64,000 bases of DNA from an uncultured Solirubrobacteraceae bacterium (GCA_964588985.1 CAZPQW010000005.1:102681-166680); one strand, 5' to 3'. Positions 37,279 to 49,037 are shown, counted from the stretch's first letter. Numbers and translations are program-made. The notes: a model not told the origin generated them from the sequence alone.

Positions 37279-38353
37279 ACTTCACGCTGATGACATCCCC
37301 ATCGGCCATCACGTAGTCGCGGCCCTCCAGACGGAGCGTGCCTCTGTCACGGGCGCTCGCGTACCCCCCCGCGTCGACTAGCTCGCGCCAGCCGATGACT
37401 TCAGCGCGCACGAACCCCTTCTGAATGTCCGTGTGGATCTGCCCGGCCGCGTGCCACGCGGTGAGCCCCTGGCGCAGGTGCCACGACTGGGCCGGCTTGG
37501 CCTCCCCGGCGGTGAAGAACGCGATCAGCTCGAGCAGCGCAAACGCCTCGCGCACCACTCGCTGAAGACCAGACTCGCTCACGCCGAGCTCCTCGCGCAT
37601 CGCGCTCGCGTCCTCGTCCTCGAGCTCCGCCAGCTCGGCCTCGATACGCGATGACACCGCCACCGCGCGCGCGCCGTGCGAGGCCGCGTGCTCGGCGATC
37701 TCCGCCGGCACCTCCTCGGAGCCCTCGTCGACGTTCGCCACGAACAGCACCGGCTTGCTCGTCAACGAGCCCAGGTCGCGCGCCGCGTTCGGCGCCTCCT
37801 CCGGCACCGGCACCGAGCGCGCCGGACGGCCGGCCTGCAGCGCCTCGATCACACTGCGCAGCCACGCCTCCTCGGCGATCAGCGCACGGTCTAGGCTGCG
37901 CGCCTGACGCGCCACGCGCTCCACGCGCCTTTCGGCCTGCTCGAGGTCCGCGAGGATCAGCTCCGTCTCGATCGTCTCGATGTCCGCCAGCGGATTCACG
38001 CGGCCCTCCGGGTGGATCACGTTCTCGTCTCCGTGCGCGCGCACCACGTGCACGATCGCGTCCGTCTCGCGGATGTTCGCCAGGAAGCGGTTGCCGAGCC
38101 CTTCGCCTTTGTGCGCCCCCGCCACGAGCCCCGCGATGTCGTGGAAGTCGACCGTGTCCCAAACGATCTCCGAAGCGTCCACCGTGCGCGCCACCTGCTC
38201 CAGGCGCTCGTCGCGCACCGGCACCACCGCCACGTTCGGCTCGATCGTCGTGAACGGGTAGTTCGCCGCCTCAGCGCCAGCTTTCGTCAGCGCATTGAAC
38301 AGCGACGACTTGCCCGCGTTGGGCATGCCGACGATGCCGATTCTGGTGCTCAT
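37268..38353 (-). CDS. ychF: Redox-regulated ATPase YchF
   Basis: GIVGMPNAGKS, ANYPFTTIEPN, DIAGLV.GAHKGEGLGNRFL, IHTDIQKGFVRAE, EGRDYVMADGD. Confidence 0.95.
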   Translation of the reverse strand: MSTRIGIVGMPNAGKSSLFNALTKAGAEAANYPFTTIEPNVAVVPVRDERLEQVARTVDASEIVWDTVDFHDIAGLVAGAHKGEGLGNRFLANIRETDAIVHVVRAHGDENVIHPEGRVNPLADIETIETELILADLEQAERRVERVARQARSLDRALIAEEAWLRSVIEALQAGRPARSVPVPEEAPNAARDLGSLTSKPVLFVANVDEGSEEVPAEIAEHAASHGARAVAVSSRIEAELAELEDEDASAMREELGVSESGLQRVVREAFALLELIAFFTAGEAKPAQSWHLRQGLTAWHAAGQIHTDIQKGFVRAEVIGWRELVDAGGYASARDRGTLRLEGRDYVMADGDVISVKFTP

Positions 38354-38877
38354 GCTGAGCCGCCCGGGCTCACGACGATGCCCTCGTCCACAAGCCATTT
38401 GGTGCAGCTGGCCATGTAGCCGTCGAGCTCTGCAATCAGCGTCCGCACCGCTGCGTGCAGCGCCTTCCAGCCCGCCGGCGGATAGGCATGCGCAAGCGTG
38501 TCACGCAACTCCTTGGCCTCCTGGAGGCGAACGGCCGAGTCCTGAGAGATGACCCCGAGCGCCGCGAGGCGCTCCCACGGGCTCCCACGAGCCTTGTCCA
38601 GCAGTCCGAGCCGCTGGCCCTCGGCAAGAGCGCGGGCCGCAAGCTCGTGCAGCCAGTTGATCAGCACCTCATACCCACGCTCGACCACCGCCACCTTGTT
38701 TCGCTCACGCGCGTCGGGCGAGCGCGCAGCCAGCAGAAACGCCGTCATATCGAAATCGGGATCGAACTCTTCGATGGCGACAAACAGCTGCTCTCGCGCG
38801 AAGGGAACAGCGTCGAGGATGGCGCCAAGCCTGCGCTGTCCTTTGGATAGACCCTCTCTCGAGTTTTCCGCCGACAC
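38350..38877 (-). CDS. HEPN (HepT-like) ribonuclease toxin
   Basis: RDTLAHAY matches Rx4HxY. Lies downstream of the MNT gene. Confidence 0.75.
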   Translation of the reverse strand: MSAENSREGLSKGQRRLGAILDAVPFAREQLFVAIEEFDPDFDMTAFLLAARSPDARERNKVAVVERGYEVLINWLHELAARALAEGQRLGLLDKARGSPWERLAALGVISQDSAVRLQEAKELRDTLAHAYPPAGWKALHAAVRTLIAELDGYMASCTKWLVDEGIVVSPGGSA

Positions 38878-38889
38878 CTGATGGCACGC

Positions 38890-39453
38890 CTAAGCCGCCG
38901 CGATCCGCTCGCGCGCTTCGGTCACGACTGCCCACGTGCGCGCCGCGGTCGCCCGATCTTCGCGCTCTGCAGCCGCGACGATCTCCGAGCGACGCTCCTG
39001 CAGGGATTCCCACAGCCCGTCACGATCGATCAGCACACGGCCCTCGCTCAAGACGTCGGCCAGCAGCGTCGGCATCGTCTCCGCATCCTCCAGCGCCACC
39101 ACGTCGACCGACCTGCCGAGTGCGCGCCGAAGACGCAGCCTCACCCCAGCCAGTACAAGCGGTGCGGGATTGCGATGAACGACCAACAGATCCACATCCG
39201 AGCGGTCGTCGTCCTCGCCGATGGCGGTGGACCCGAACAACACCGCCAAGCGAATCGCAGGCTCCGTGCGCAATGCCACCCGCAACCTGCTCAGCAGATC
39301 CCAGTGGAGGCCCAGATATTCCTCCTCTGCGTAAGAAAGCTCCAGCTGTCGACCCACACGGCGCCCGTGCAGTAGCCCGTCGTTTACATAGCGACGCAGC
39401 GTCCGCTCGCTACATCCCAGCTTCTCCGCCGATCTCGCAAGCGCTTGGCTCAT
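38890..39453 (-). CDS. HTH-fused minimal nucleotidyltransferase (MNT) antitoxin
   Basis: AEKLGCSERTLRRY HTH, LFGSTAIGEDDDRSDVDLLV (GSx10DxD), GRSVDVV. Confidence 0.82.
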   Translation of the reverse strand: MSQALARSAEKLGCSERTLRRYVNDGLLHGRRVGRQLELSYAEEEYLGLHWDLLSRLRVALRTEPAIRLAVLFGSTAIGEDDDRSDVDLLVVHRNPAPLVLAGVRLRLRRALGRSVDVVALEDAETMPTLLADVLSEGRVLIDRDGLWESLQERRSEIVAAAEREDRATAARTWAVVTEARERIAAA

Positions 39454-39526
39454 GCGTCCAGTATACGCATTGGTGTGTCCAGATCTGCAGATGAAGAAGG
39501 TCCCGCGCACGCCCTCGCGACACACC

Positions 39527-40135
39527 TCAGTCAGCCGGCCAAGGCGGGGTGATCTCGTCCATCTCCTCGCCGAGCCTCGCCATCTCCGCGCGATCTCTCG
39601 AATCTGCCGCCAGCCGTTGTGCCTCCTCCCGCAGCGCCACGCGCCCTCGCCGCCCCGCAAAGGCTCCCACCACGGAGCCCAGCACAGCCCCGGCCACCAC
39701 ATCTGAGGGGTAGTGCACCCCCAGATACAGCCGCGAAGCCGCCAGCCCCCCCGCGAGCCCATACAACCCACCCGCCGACACCCCCAGCCGCGAGTACGCG
39801 CAAGCCCCCGCAAACGACGTGGAAGCATGCGCGCTGGGGAAGCTCAGCTGCGTAGGCGTCGAGATCAGCGGCGGCAGGCCCGGAATCTCAGGCCGCCGGC
39901 GCCGGACGACGAGCTTTGTGAGCGTGTTCAGAGCAAACGCGCCCGCAACCGCACCCACCGCGCGACCCCACTCCGGCCGCCTTCGTCGGTCGAGCGCATA
40001 CCCGGCCGCCCCGATCGAGAACCACACCGCGCCGTGCTCCCCAAGCCGCGAGAACCGCGCCACAGCGCGCTCCACGCCCGGGGCGTGGCCGCGCGTGCGA
40101 GCCAGCCGCAGCAGCCGCTCGTCGAGATTGATCAT
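39527..40135 (-). CDS. PAP2 family phosphatase
   Basis: KLVVRRRRP, SFPSAHA, SRLYLGVHYPSDV. Confidence 0.88.
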   Translation of the reverse strand: MINLDERLLRLARTRGHAPGVERAVARFSRLGEHGAVWFSIGAAGYALDRRRRPEWGRAVGAVAGAFALNTLTKLVVRRRRPEIPGLPPLISTPTQLSFPSAHASTSFAGACAYSRLGVSAGGLYGLAGGLAASRLYLGVHYPSDVVAGAVLGSVVGAFAGRRGRVALREEAQRLAADSRDRAEMARLGEEMDEITPPWPAD

Positions 40136-40267
40136 GCCTTTGGTTGCTCCCAGGACGATCGTGGTCAAGCGAGGCAAGGACGCAGGAAGCGTGGCGTGCT
40201 TTGCACACGAGCGACCGCGACCGGGCCGGCGCCGCAGGACGCCGCATCGCGCCGGCCAGCGGTCGTC

Positions 40268-40480
40268 CTAGCCGAAGCCGACGCGGGAGTCGTCCCCCTC
40301 GGCACTGACGTAGACGACCTGCCCGATGTCCACGCGGACCGGCCCGTCCTCGCTCTGGAACTCGTGCCAGCCGCCGCTGCCGAGCTCCTCGTTGAGCTTC
40401 TTCAGGACCGCGTCGGTGAGGCGCATCGCCAGCACCTGGCCGCCCTGGAACCCGATCGTCACGCGTCGCGAGTCTGTCAT
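40268..40480 (-). CDS. Small hypothetical protein
   Basis: 70 aa, start overlaps the mce stop, GC-typical codon use. Confidence 0.7.
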   Translation of the reverse strand: MTDSRRVTIGFQGGQVLAMRLTDAVLKKLNEELGSGGWHEFQSEDGPVRVDIGQVVYVSAEGDDSRVGFG

Positions 40481-40899
40481 CAGTGCGCTCCCACTCCCGC
40501 CGCCGGCTCGACGATCTCGGTCAGCACACCCGCGGTGGCGCGGGGGTGCATGAAGGCCACACGCGAGCCGCGGATGCCGGTGCGCGGCTGCTCGTCGATC
40601 AGTTGCATGCCCGCCCGCTTGAGCGCCTCGAGCGTCGCGTCGATGTCGCTCACCTGGTAGGCCACGTGGTGCAGGCCCGGGCCGTTCTTGGCGAGGAACT
40701 TGCCCACGGGGGTGTCCGCCGACAGCGGCGCGAGCAGCTCCACGTGGTTCTCGCCCACGTCGAGCAGCACAGCCTCAACGCCCTGCTCCTCGACGACCTC
40801 GCGGTGCGCAACCTCGAGCTCGAAGCCGTCGCGGTACAGCTCCAGCGCGGCGTCGATCTCCTCGACCGCGACCCCGATGTGGTCGATGCGACTGAACAT
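40480..40899 (-). CDS. mce: Methylmalonyl-CoA epimerase
   Basis: IDHIGVAV, VELLAP, GPGLHHVAY, FMHPRATAGVLTEIV. Confidence 0.9.
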   Translation of the reverse strand: MFSRIDHIGVAVEEIDAALELYRDGFELEVAHREVVEEQGVEAVLLDVGENHVELLAPLSADTPVGKFLAKNGPGLHHVAYQVSDIDATLEALKRAGMQLIDEQPRTGIRGSRVAFMHPRATAGVLTEIVEPAAGVGAH

Positions 40900-40924
40900 G
40901 CGCCGCAGTCTATAGCCGTTCGCG

Positions 40925-42673
40925 TCAGTCCTCGTCCGAGGTGTCGGGGAGCCGGATCTGGCGGGGTCCCTGCGGCGGGAGCGTCGTGTGCGCGGTGGCG
41001 GCCACCACGCGCAGCCCCACGCCCGGGGCGCGCTCCAGGCGCGGCACGCCGTCCATGATCCGTTCGATCCCCTCGCGCTCCAGCACCTCGTTCTCGAGCA
41101 GCTCTTCCGCGAGCGCCTCCAGCTGCGGGCGGTGGGCGACGATCATCTTCTGCGCCGCGCGGCGGGCCTCCTCGATCAGCTCCTGGCGCTCCTCGTCGCG
41201 GATGCGCAGCGTGGTCTCCGAGAGCCGCACGTCGCCGTCCGGCGAGCGTCCCACACCGCCGGTGCCCATCGCGAAGTCGTGGACCATCGAGTGCGAGATC
41301 TCCGCCACCCGCTTGAGGTCGTCTGAGGCTCCGGTGGTGATCGCGCCGAACACCACCTGCTCCGCGACGCGGCCGCCGAGCAACACCGTCATGTAGTCGA
41401 GCAGCTCCTCGCGCGTCTTCAGGTAACGGTCCTCCGCGGGCAGGTTCAGCGTGTAGCCGAGCGCGCGCCCGCGCGGCACGATCGAGATCTTGTGCACGCG
41501 GTCGACCGACGGCAGCAGCTCGCCGCACAGCGCGTGCCCCGCCTCGTGGTAGGCCACCACGCGCTTCTCGTGAGTGTTCAGCACGCGCTTGGACTGCACG
41601 CCCGCGATCACGCGCTCGAGCGCCGAGTCGAAGTCCTGCATCTCCAACACCTTCGCGCCGCGCCTCGTCGCGAAGATCGCCGCCTCGTTGCAGATGTTCG
41701 CGAGGTCCGCGCCCGTCAGACCGCTCGTGTGCTGGGCCACCACACCGAGGTCCACGTCGCCCATCGGCTTGGTGCGCGTGTGCACCTGCAGCACGCCCAG
41801 CCGGCCTTTCACGTCGGGCGGCACCACGAACACCTGGCGGTCGAAACGGCCCGGGCGCAGCAGCGCCGGGTCGAGCTTCTCCAGCAGGTTCGACGCCGCG
41901 ATCACCACCACCCGCCCGCTGGAGGAGAAGCCGTCCATCTCCACGAGCAGCTGATTGAGCGTCTGGTCCTTCTCGCCGGAGATGTCCATCCCGCGGCGGC
42001 CGCCCACCGCGTCGAGCTCGTCGATGAAGATGATCGCCGGTTCGTGTTTGCGCGCGATCGCGAACAGGCGGCGGATACGCGCCGCGCCGAGGCCCGCGAA
42101 CATCTCCACGAACGACGCCGCCGACTGCGCGAAGAACTGCGCGCCCGACTCGGTCGCCACCGCCTTCGCCAGCAGCGTCTTGCCCGTGCCCGGAGGGCCG
42201 TGCAGCAGGATGCCCTTGGGGACCTTCGCGCCGAGCGCATGGAAGGACTTCGGGTCGCGCAGGAACTCCACGATCTCCTGCAGCTCCGCCTTCGCCTCGT
42301 CCACCCCCGCGATGTCCGCGAACGTGATCGCCTGGCCGGAGGACGGCTTGATCTGCTGCGGCTTGATGCGCGGCATCACCTTCAGCATCCGCCACATCAC
42401 CACTATGATCGCTACGAAGAACAGGATGCCGAACACCGGCTCCCAGTTGAGTGCCCATCCCTGCAGTTCCTGGGTGAAGGACTCCGCCGGCACCGCCGGC
42501 TGCTGCACGATCGAGTGGGTCACGAGCGGGTGTGTCACCGCGTGGCTGGCGACAGTGGCGGCGTGCTTCGCCGCGGCGTCGCTCGCCGCCACGACCGTTT
42601 CGTGCGTGTGTGCGACCGCAGACCCGCCTGCGGAAACCTTTGCTTCCGCCGTTGCTTCCTTGCTCATCCGCAC
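40925..42673 (-). CDS. FtsH-like ATP-dependent zinc metalloprotease (single TM)
   Basis: [34 protein letters not shown]. Confidence 0.92.
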   Translation of the reverse strand: MRMSKEATAEAKVSAGGSAVAHTHETVVAASDAAAKHAATVASHAVTHPLVTHSIVQQPAVPAESFTQELQGWALNWEPVFGILFFVAIIVVMWRMLKVMPRIKPQQIKPSSGQAITFADIAGVDEAKAELQEIVEFLRDPKSFHALGAKVPKGILLHGPPGTGKTLLAKAVATESGAQFFAQSAASFVEMFAGLGAARIRRLFAIARKHEPAIIFIDELDAVGGRRGMDISGEKDQTLNQLLVEMDGFSSSGRVVVIAASNLLEKLDPALLRPGRFDRQVFVVPPDVKGRLGVLQVHTRTKPMGDVDLGVVAQHTSGLTGADLANICNEAAIFATRRGAKVLEMQDFDSALERVIAGVQSKRVLNTHEKRVVAYHEAGHALCGELLPSVDRVHKISIVPRGRALGYTLNLPAEDRYLKTREELLDYMTVLLGGRVAEQVVFGAITTGASDDLKRVAEISHSMVHDFAMGTGGVGRSPDGDVRLSETTLRIRDEERQELIEEARRAAQKMIVAHRPQLEALAEELLENEVLEREGIERIMDGVPRLERAPGVGLRVVAATAHTTLPPQGPRQIRLPDTSDED

Positions 42674-42751
42674 ATCCTCTCCGCTGGCACCATCCTTGGC
42701 ATCTGCGCCGATTATGCGTGTTTGGGCCGCGCTTGTCGAGCGGCGACCGTC

Positions 42752-44083
42752 TCAGCCCAGGATTCGCACAGCCAGGTCTTCGAACAGCTTCGTCGCGAAC
42801 GCGAGGTCGCGAACGTCGATCCGCTCGTCCGCGCCGTGGACCAGCGGCGCGCCGTCGAGCAGCGACTGGTGGCGGTGGGGGAAGAACCCATACGCGACGC
42901 ACTCGGGGAACGCGAGGCGGAAGTGGCGCGAGTCGGTGAAGCCCGGGAGCACCACCGGCACGGCGCGCGCGCCGGGGTCCTGCTCGCCGATCCACGTGGA
43001 GATCGTGTCCATCAGCCGCGAGCTCACGGGCGAGCGGTTGCCGACGACCTTCTCCGTGAAGTCGATCCGCCAGTCGGCGCCGTCCTCCTCGCCGAGGACC
43101 TCCGCGATGCCCGCGCGCACCTCCTGCTCCCCCAGACCCGGCGGGACGCGGCAGTCGACTTTCAGCTCCGCGCGGTTGGGGATCACGTTGATCTTCTCCG
43201 ACGCCCTGATCCGGGTGGGGGTGAAGGTCACGCCGAACATCGGCTCGAACATCGTCGCCAGGCGCGGGTCCGCGGCGCGCAGCCGCGCCAGCGAGCCGTC
43301 GAGGTCGTCGGGGTCCTCGCCGAGCCCGCGCAGGAACGCGATCGGCTCGTCCGTCGGGCTGTGGGAGGGCTGGCGGGCGCCCAGGCGCTCGAGCACCGGG
43401 GCCATCTTCAGCAGCGCGTTCTCGCCCATGCTCGGCATCGACGCGTGCCCCGCCACGCCGTCGGTGCTGACGTTGAAGCGAAACACGCCCTTCTCCGCGC
43501 AGCACACGCCGTAGCAGCGCGTGCCTCCGTACTCGAACACCGCGCCGCCGCCCTCGTTCACGAGCAGGTCGCAGCGCACCTTCTCGGGGTGCGTCTCGGT
43601 GATCCACTGCGCGCCGAGCGAGCCGCCCGTCTCCTCGTCCACGACCGCCACGATCAGCAGCTCGCCGTGCGCGGGGCGCCAACCAGAGCGCGCGAGCGAC
43701 GCCGCCGCGGCGATCTCCGCGGCGACCTGCGACTTCATGTCGAGCGCGCCTCTGCCCCACAGGTAGCCGTCGGCGATCTCGCCCGACCACGGGTCGTGCG
43801 TCCAGTCGGCGGGGTCCGCGAGGACCGTGTCGACGTGGCCGAGATAACACAGCGTGGGTCCGTCGGCGCTCTTGCCGCGCAGCCTCGCCACGAGGTTCGG
43901 CCGCTCCGGCACCGCGCCGAGCAGCTCGCACTCGAAGCCCGCCGCGCTCAGGTGGCCGGAGAGGTACTCCTGCGCCGCGAGCTCGTTCCCCGGGGGGTTG
44001 ACCGTGTTGAAGCGGATCAGCTGCGCGAGCAGCTCCTCGGCCTCAGCCGATCGCTCCCCGGCGTCTGACCCGTTCGCGCTCAT
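42752..44083 (-). CDS. M20/M25/M40 family peptidase
   Basis: [32 protein letters not shown]. Confidence 0.9.
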   Translation of the reverse strand: MSANGSDAGERSAEAEELLAQLIRFNTVNPPGNELAAQEYLSGHLSAAGFECELLGAVPERPNLVARLRGKSADGPTLCYLGHVDTVLADPADWTHDPWSGEIADGYLWGRGALDMKSQVAAEIAAAASLARSGWRPAHGELLIVAVVDEETGGSLGAQWITETHPEKVRCDLLVNEGGGAVFEYGGTRCYGVCCAEKGVFRFNVSTDGVAGHASMPSMGENALLKMAPVLERLGARQPSHSPTDEPIAFLRGLGEDPDDLDGSLARLRAADPRLATMFEPMFGVTFTPTRIRASEKINVIPNRAELKVDCRVPPGLGEQEVRAGIAEVLGEEDGADWRIDFTEKVVGNRSPVSSRLMDTISTWIGEQDPGARAVPVVLPGFTDSRHFRLAFPECVAYGFFPHRHQSLLDGAPLVHGADERIDVRDLAFATKLFEDLAVRILG

Positions 44084-45096
44084 GGCGCAGATCGTACGCC
44101 GATCTGAGCGGTCTCCTCGCGCGTGAGCGGGTAGTGGCACGCCGCCCTGGTACCGGACCCCTTGTCCTCGAGCGGCGGCTCCTGGTCGGAGCACAGCGGC
44201 CGGGCCTTCGGGCAGCGGGTGTGGAAGCGGCACGCGCTCGGCGGGTTCGCCGGGCTCGGCACGTCGCCGCTCAGCAGCCTGCGCTGCTCTCCGTGGCGCG
44301 AGGGGTCGACCACCGGGACGGCTGACAGCAGCGCGCCGGTGTAGGGGTGGCGGGGGAAGTCGTAGAGCTCGTCGCCGCCGCCGATCTCCACGATCTTGCC
44401 GAGATACATCACCGCCACGCGGTCGCACATGTGGCGCACCACCGACAGGTCGTGGGCGATGAACACCACCGTGAGGCCGAACTCGCTCTGCAGGTCGCGC
44501 AGGAGGTTCAGCACCTGCGCCTGGATCGACACGTCGAGCGCGGAGACGGGCTCGTCGGCGATCAGCAGCTTCGGCTTCAACGCCAGAGCGCGGGCCACGC
44601 CGATGCGCTGGCGCTGCCCGCCGGAGAACTCGTGCGGGTAGCGGTTGTAGTGCTCGGGGTTCAGCCCCACTGTCTCCATCAGCTCCTGCACCGCTTTGCG
44701 GCGCTCGCCCCTGCCCTCGTTGAGGCCGTGGATCGCGAACGGCTCGCCGATGATCGACCCGATCGTCTTGCGCGGGTTCAGCGACGAGTAGGGGTCCTGG
44801 AAGATCATCTGCATCTCGCGCCTCAGCGCCTTCAGGCGTGCTCCCTTCAGACGCGCGATGTCCTCGCCTTCGAAGCGGATCTCGCCGCTCGTCGCGTCGA
44901 GCAGGCGCATGATCAGCCGCGCGGTGGTGCTCTTGCCGCAGCCGGTCTCGCCGACTATGCCGAGCGTCTCACCGCGGCGCACGTCGAAGCTGACGCCGTC
45001 GACCGCCTGCACGGCGCCGGTCTTGCGCTGGATGATGACGCCACGCCTGATCGGGAAGTGCTTGACGAGGTCGCGCACTTCGACGAGTGCGCTCAC
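44080..45096 (-). CDS. Peptide ABC transporter ATP-binding protein (OppF/DppF-like)
   Basis: [35 protein letters not shown]. Confidence 0.93.
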   Translation of the reverse strand: MSALVEVRDLVKHFPIRRGVIIQRKTGAVQAVDGVSFDVRRGETLGIVGETGCGKSTTARLIMRLLDATSGEIRFEGEDIARLKGARLKALRREMQMIFQDPYSSLNPRKTIGSIIGEPFAIHGLNEGRGERRKAVQELMETVGLNPEHYNRYPHEFSGGQRQRIGVARALALKPKLLIADEPVSALDVSIQAQVLNLLRDLQSEFGLTVVFIAHDLSVVRHMCDRVAVMYLGKIVEIGGGDELYDFPRHPYTGALLSAVPVVDPSRHGEQRRLLSGDVPSPANPPSACRFHTRCPKARPLCSDQEPPLEDKGSGTRAACHYPLTREETAQIGVRSAP

Positions 45097-46163
45097 GGCG
45101 TCACCGCCGGCAGACCCACCTCGGAGATCGCCTGCTCCGGCGTCCGTCCCTTGTGGAGCTCACCCCACAGTCGACGACGCACCTCGCTCTCGAGCAGGCA
45201 CGCGACGTGGTGCGTCGGCTCACCCGGAATCGACTGCAGCTCGGGGTCGATCCGCTCGTGGTCCGGCTGCGAGTAGGGGCAGCGCGGGTGGAAGTGACAG
45301 CCCGACGGAGGGTTGATCAGGCTCGGCGGGGTGCCTGGGATCGGCACGAGCTGCTCCTTGCGCGTGCCGCTCAGCGACGGGATCGAGTTGAGCAGGCCCC
45401 ATGTGTACGGGTGCTCGGGGCCGGCGAAAAGGAGTTCTGCCGACGCCGACTCGATGATCCGTCCGGCGTACATGACGGCGATGTCGTCGGCCATCTCGGC
45501 CACGACGCCGAGGTCGTGCGTGATGATCACGATCGCCATCCCGAGCTCGCGCTGCAGGCGCTCGAGCAGCGCGAGGATCTGAGCCTGCACGGTCACGTCG
45601 AGCGCCGTCGTGGGCTCGTCGGCGATCAGCAGCTTCGGCTCGTTGGCGAGCGCCATCGCGATCATCGCGCGCTGGCGCATGCCGCCGGAGAACTCGTGCG
45701 GGTACTCGTCCACGCGCCGCGACGGGTCGGGGATGCCGACGAGCCCTAGCAGCTCGATCGCGCGCGCTCGCGCCTGCGCCTTGGAGACGTCCTGGTGCAC
45801 GCGCACGGCCTCGATCAGCTGCGCGCCGACCTTGAAGAACGGGTGCAGCGAGGACAGTGGGTCCTGGAAGATCATCGCGATGTCGTTGCCCCGGATCGCG
45901 CGCATCTCACCGTCGGAGAGCGTCACGAGGTCCTTGCCCTCGAACACGATCCGCCCGGATACGTGCGCCCCCTGAGCGCGTGTCAGCCCGAGCGTCGTCA
46001 GCGAGGAGACGGTCTTGCCCGAGCCCGACTCGCCGACGATCCCGAGTGTTCGTCCGGCGTGGACCTCGTAGGTCACGCCGTCGACCGCGTGCACGACGCC
46101 GTCCTCGGTCCGGAACTCCACGCGCAGCTCCTCAACGCGCAGCAGCGGCTCGGCATCCGTCAC
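45093..46163 (-). CDS. Peptide ABC transporter ATP-binding protein (OppD/DppD-like)
   Basis: [33 protein letters not shown]. Confidence 0.93.
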   Translation of the reverse strand: MTDAEPLLRVEELRVEFRTEDGVVHAVDGVTYEVHAGRTLGIVGESGSGKTVSSLTTLGLTRAQGAHVSGRIVFEGKDLVTLSDGEMRAIRGNDIAMIFQDPLSSLHPFFKVGAQLIEAVRVHQDVSKAQARARAIELLGLVGIPDPSRRVDEYPHEFSGGMRQRAMIAMALANEPKLLIADEPTTALDVTVQAQILALLERLQRELGMAIVIITHDLGVVAEMADDIAVMYAGRIIESASAELLFAGPEHPYTWGLLNSIPSLSGTRKEQLVPIPGTPPSLINPPSGCHFHPRCPYSQPDHERIDPELQSIPGEPTHHVACLLESEVRRRLWGELHKGRTPEQAISEVGLPAVTP

Positions 46164-47122
46164 GAGTACCTCACCCGCGGGTCGAGAAACGCGTAGGCGA
46201 TGTCCACGACGATGTTCGCGACGATCACGAACATCGACGCGAACAGCACCGTGCCCTGGATGATCGGGAAGTCCGCATGTGTGATCGCGATGTAGTTGAG
46301 GCGCCCGATGCCGGGAATGTCGAAGACCGTTTCGACGAGCACCGAGCTGCCGAGCAGGATCGCGATGTCGACTCCGAGCACCGTCACGATCGGGTTGATC
46401 GCCGCGCGCAGGCCGTGGCGCAGGACGACGCTGCGCTCGGACAGCCCCTTCGCGCGCGCCGTGCGAATGTAGTCCTCGCCCATAGTCTCGATCAGGGTGC
46501 CGCGGATCATCCGCGCGTAGACCGCCGCCGTGCCGGCGGCGACGACGAGCCACGGCATGATCAGCGACGTGAACCATTTGCCGGGTTCGGCCGTGAGGCC
46601 TACGTAGCTTCCGGCGCCGGGAAAGACGTGGACTTTGCCGATGTCCGAGGCGAAGAAGAACAGCACCAGCAGGCCAAGCCAGTATTCGGGAGCGGAAACG
46701 AGCACCAGCGATGTGCCCATCGTCGCGCGGTCGAGCTTCGAGCCGGCTCGCCTGGCCGAGATGATGCCGACGCCCAGGCCCGATACCAGCCAGACGACGG
46801 CGGCGCCGAGCACCAGCGAGATCGTCGCCGGCAGGCGGTCGAAGATCAGTTCCTTCACGGGCGCGTCCGAGTAGTAGCTGTAGCCGAGGTCGAAGTGCAG
46901 GAAGATGCCCTTCAGGTAGACCCAGAACTGCGCGGGCAGGGATTTGTCGAGGCCGAGGTCGTGGCGGATCTCGGCGATGATCTTCGGGCTCTGCAACCGC
47001 CCGGCCCTGAGCTTCGCCGGGTCGGCGGTGGGCAGGACGCGGAACATCACGAACAGCAGCGCCAGGACGATGACGAGCAGCACAACCCCCCACAGCAGCC
47101 TGCGAACGATGTAGCGCGTCAT
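46160..47122 (-). CDS. Peptide ABC transporter permease (OppB/DppB-like)
   Basis: YIVRRLL, DYIRTARAKGL, VETVFDIPGIG. Confidence 0.92.
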   Translation of the reverse strand: MTRYIVRRLLWGVVLLVIVLALLFVMFRVLPTADPAKLRAGRLQSPKIIAEIRHDLGLDKSLPAQFWVYLKGIFLHFDLGYSYYSDAPVKELIFDRLPATISLVLGAAVVWLVSGLGVGIISARRAGSKLDRATMGTSLVLVSAPEYWLGLLVLFFFASDIGKVHVFPGAGSYVGLTAEPGKWFTSLIMPWLVVAAGTAAVYARMIRGTLIETMGEDYIRTARAKGLSERSVVLRHGLRAAINPIVTVLGVDIAILLGSSVLVETVFDIPGIGRLNYIAITHADFPIIQGTVLFASMFVIVANIVVDIAYAFLDPRVRYS

Positions 47123-47182
47123 CGTCTGTCCCTCGGCATCGCTGGATTCCTGTTCCGGTTCGTGGGGAGCACGGAGCGGCCC

Positions 47183-47213
47183 CGAGGGGGCGGGCGCATG
47201 ACCCGCCCCCTCG
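47183..47213 (-). terminator. Intra-operon stem-loop after the substrate-binding protein gene
   Basis: CGAGGGGGCGGG-7nt-CCCGCCCCCTCG, 12-bp perfect stem. Confidence 0.6.
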
Positions 47214-47231
47214 CGCGCCGTCGAGCCGCGA

Positions 47232-49037
47232 CTACTTCAACGACGTGAACGAGTAGTCCCAGGTACCAGAGTTCCAGTACTGGTTGACGCCTTCGACGTC
47301 TTTGGACTCGATGTACGGTTCCTTCGCCCACTGGTAGGGGATCACGACGGCTTCTTCGACGAGTTCGCGGTCGATCTTCGCCCACGCTTCGCCGCGCGCC
47401 TTCGTGCCAACGACCTTCGCCGCCGCTTCCATCGCCGCGTTGATTTTCGGATGGTTGACGAGACCCCAGTTGGAGTTGGTGCCGTTCTTGACGATCAGGT
47501 TGCCGTTGAACGGAACGTTCAGCACCGCCTCCGGGTCGCCGAAGTCGGCGATCCAGCCGACGTTCGGGCAGACGTCGATCTTTTCGGTTACGACGCCGCA
47601 GTACTTCGAGTACATGACCGTGTGCTCGACCAGGTTTAGCTTCGTTTTGAAGCCGAGGCTCGTCAGCGTGTGGTTGACCGCTTCGGCGACGTTGTTCGCG
47701 GGGGCCGACGAGTCGCCGACGACCTGCAGCGTTTCCGATCCGGTGTACTTGCCGCTCGGATAGCCGGCGAGCTTCATGTACTTTTCGGCGACCGCCATGT
47801 CGCCGGTCGGGTGTTCGTTGTAGTCGACCTTCGGACCCGGATAACCGCCGGCTTCTTCGAAGCCGGCGATGCCGTTCCAGAGGAAGTGCGTCATCACATC
47901 GGCGACGGTCTTGCCGCCGCGCAGACGGTCGAGCGCTTCACGGTCGGTCGCCGCCCACAGCGCCTTGCGGAGGTTGACGTTCTTGAACGGCCCGGAGCTG
48001 TTGTTGATCGCGATGTAGCGGTCGCCCGCGCCTCCGCCCGCCGAGATCACGAGCTGGCTCGGGAACTGCTGGACGGCGAGCTTCACGATCGGCGCGGCCG
48101 GCGCGTCCGACTGAACCATCGCGCTGCCTTCGAGCACCTGGCGTCCGATCACATTGGTGTCGCCGCCGATCGTGATGTTGATCTGGTTCAGATAGGCCGG
48201 GCGATAGTCCGTGCTCGCCTTCCAGTTGGGGTTGCGTACGAGCGTCGCCGACTTGCCGGGCTGGTAGCCGGTCCCAAGCACCTTGCCCGCGGCGTTGGCC
48301 TTGAGCATGTACGGGCCCGACGCAACCTGGTAGTTGGCGTATTCGCTCGGTTTCTTGGCGTCGAACTTCGCGGCGTATTCCTTCGGCACCGGCGCACTCC
48401 ACGGCAGCACCATCGACGCCACCACGATCGGCGCTTCAGGCGCCGTCAATTTGATCTGGATCGTGTACTTGCCGGTCGCTTTGACGCCGGCGATCGGACC
48501 GCCGCTGGCGGTCTTCATGCCTTCGATCGCGCTCAGGTAGCCGAGGTAGTAAGGGTTGGCGACGTTCGGGTTGGCGATACGTTCGATCGCGTAGACGACG
48601 TCGGCCGCGGTAACTTCGCGGTTGACCGGCGGGCTGAAGTGAACGCCCTTGCGGATGTTGATCGTGATCAGCTTGTCCCCATTGCTGAGCTGCGCCGGGC
48701 CTTCGGCCAGGTCCGGGGTCGATTCCGAGAACGTGTTCGGCTTGTACGAGTAGAGCGAGCGCTGCGTGGCGTTCGTGATCTGGTAGTCGAGCTGGAAGTA
48801 GGCCTGCCCGGGGTCGAGGTGTTCGAAGTCCTCGCTCTGGGCCGAGTTCAGGACTCCACCCTGCTTTCCGCCCGTCAGCGACTCGTCCACCGGGTTTTTC
48901 ACGCCAGCGGGAAGCGAGCCCGAGGGCGTGCTGACACTCGAACTACCGCTGCTGCTGCTCGACGAGCCGCAAGCAGCCAGCGCCACCGCCAGCGTCAGCG
49001 CGACCGCCACCAGCAGAATCGTTCTCAGCGACCTCAT
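47232..49037 (-). CDS. Peptide ABC transporter substrate-binding lipoprotein (family 5)
   Basis: Lipobox LAAC, LDPGQAY, PDLAE, SGPYML, LVRNPNW. Confidence 0.92.
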   Translation of the reverse strand: MRSLRTILLVAVALTLAVALAACGSSSSSSGSSSVSTPSGSLPAGVKNPVDESLTGGKQGGVLNSAQSEDFEHLDPGQAYFQLDYQITNATQRSLYSYKPNTFSESTPDLAEGPAQLSNGDKLITINIRKGVHFSPPVNREVTAADVVYAIERIANPNVANPYYLGYLSAIEGMKTASGGPIAGVKATGKYTIQIKLTAPEAPIVVASMVLPWSAPVPKEYAAKFDAKKPSEYANYQVASGPYMLKANAAGKVLGTGYQPGKSATLVRNPNWKASTDYRPAYLNQINITIGGDTNVIGRQVLEGSAMVQSDAPAAPIVKLAVQQFPSQLVISAGGGAGDRYIAINNSSGPFKNVNLRKALWAATDREALDRLRGGKTVADVMTHFLWNGIAGFEEAGGYPGPKVDYNEHPTGDMAVAEKYMKLAGYPSGKYTGSETLQVVGDSSAPANNVAEAVNHTLTSLGFKTKLNLVEHTVMYSKYCGVVTEKIDVCPNVGWIADFGDPEAVLNVPFNGNLIVKNGTNSNWGLVNHPKINAAMEAAAKVVGTKARGEAWAKIDRELVEEAVVIPYQWAKEPYIESKDVEGVNQYWNSGTWDYSFTSLK

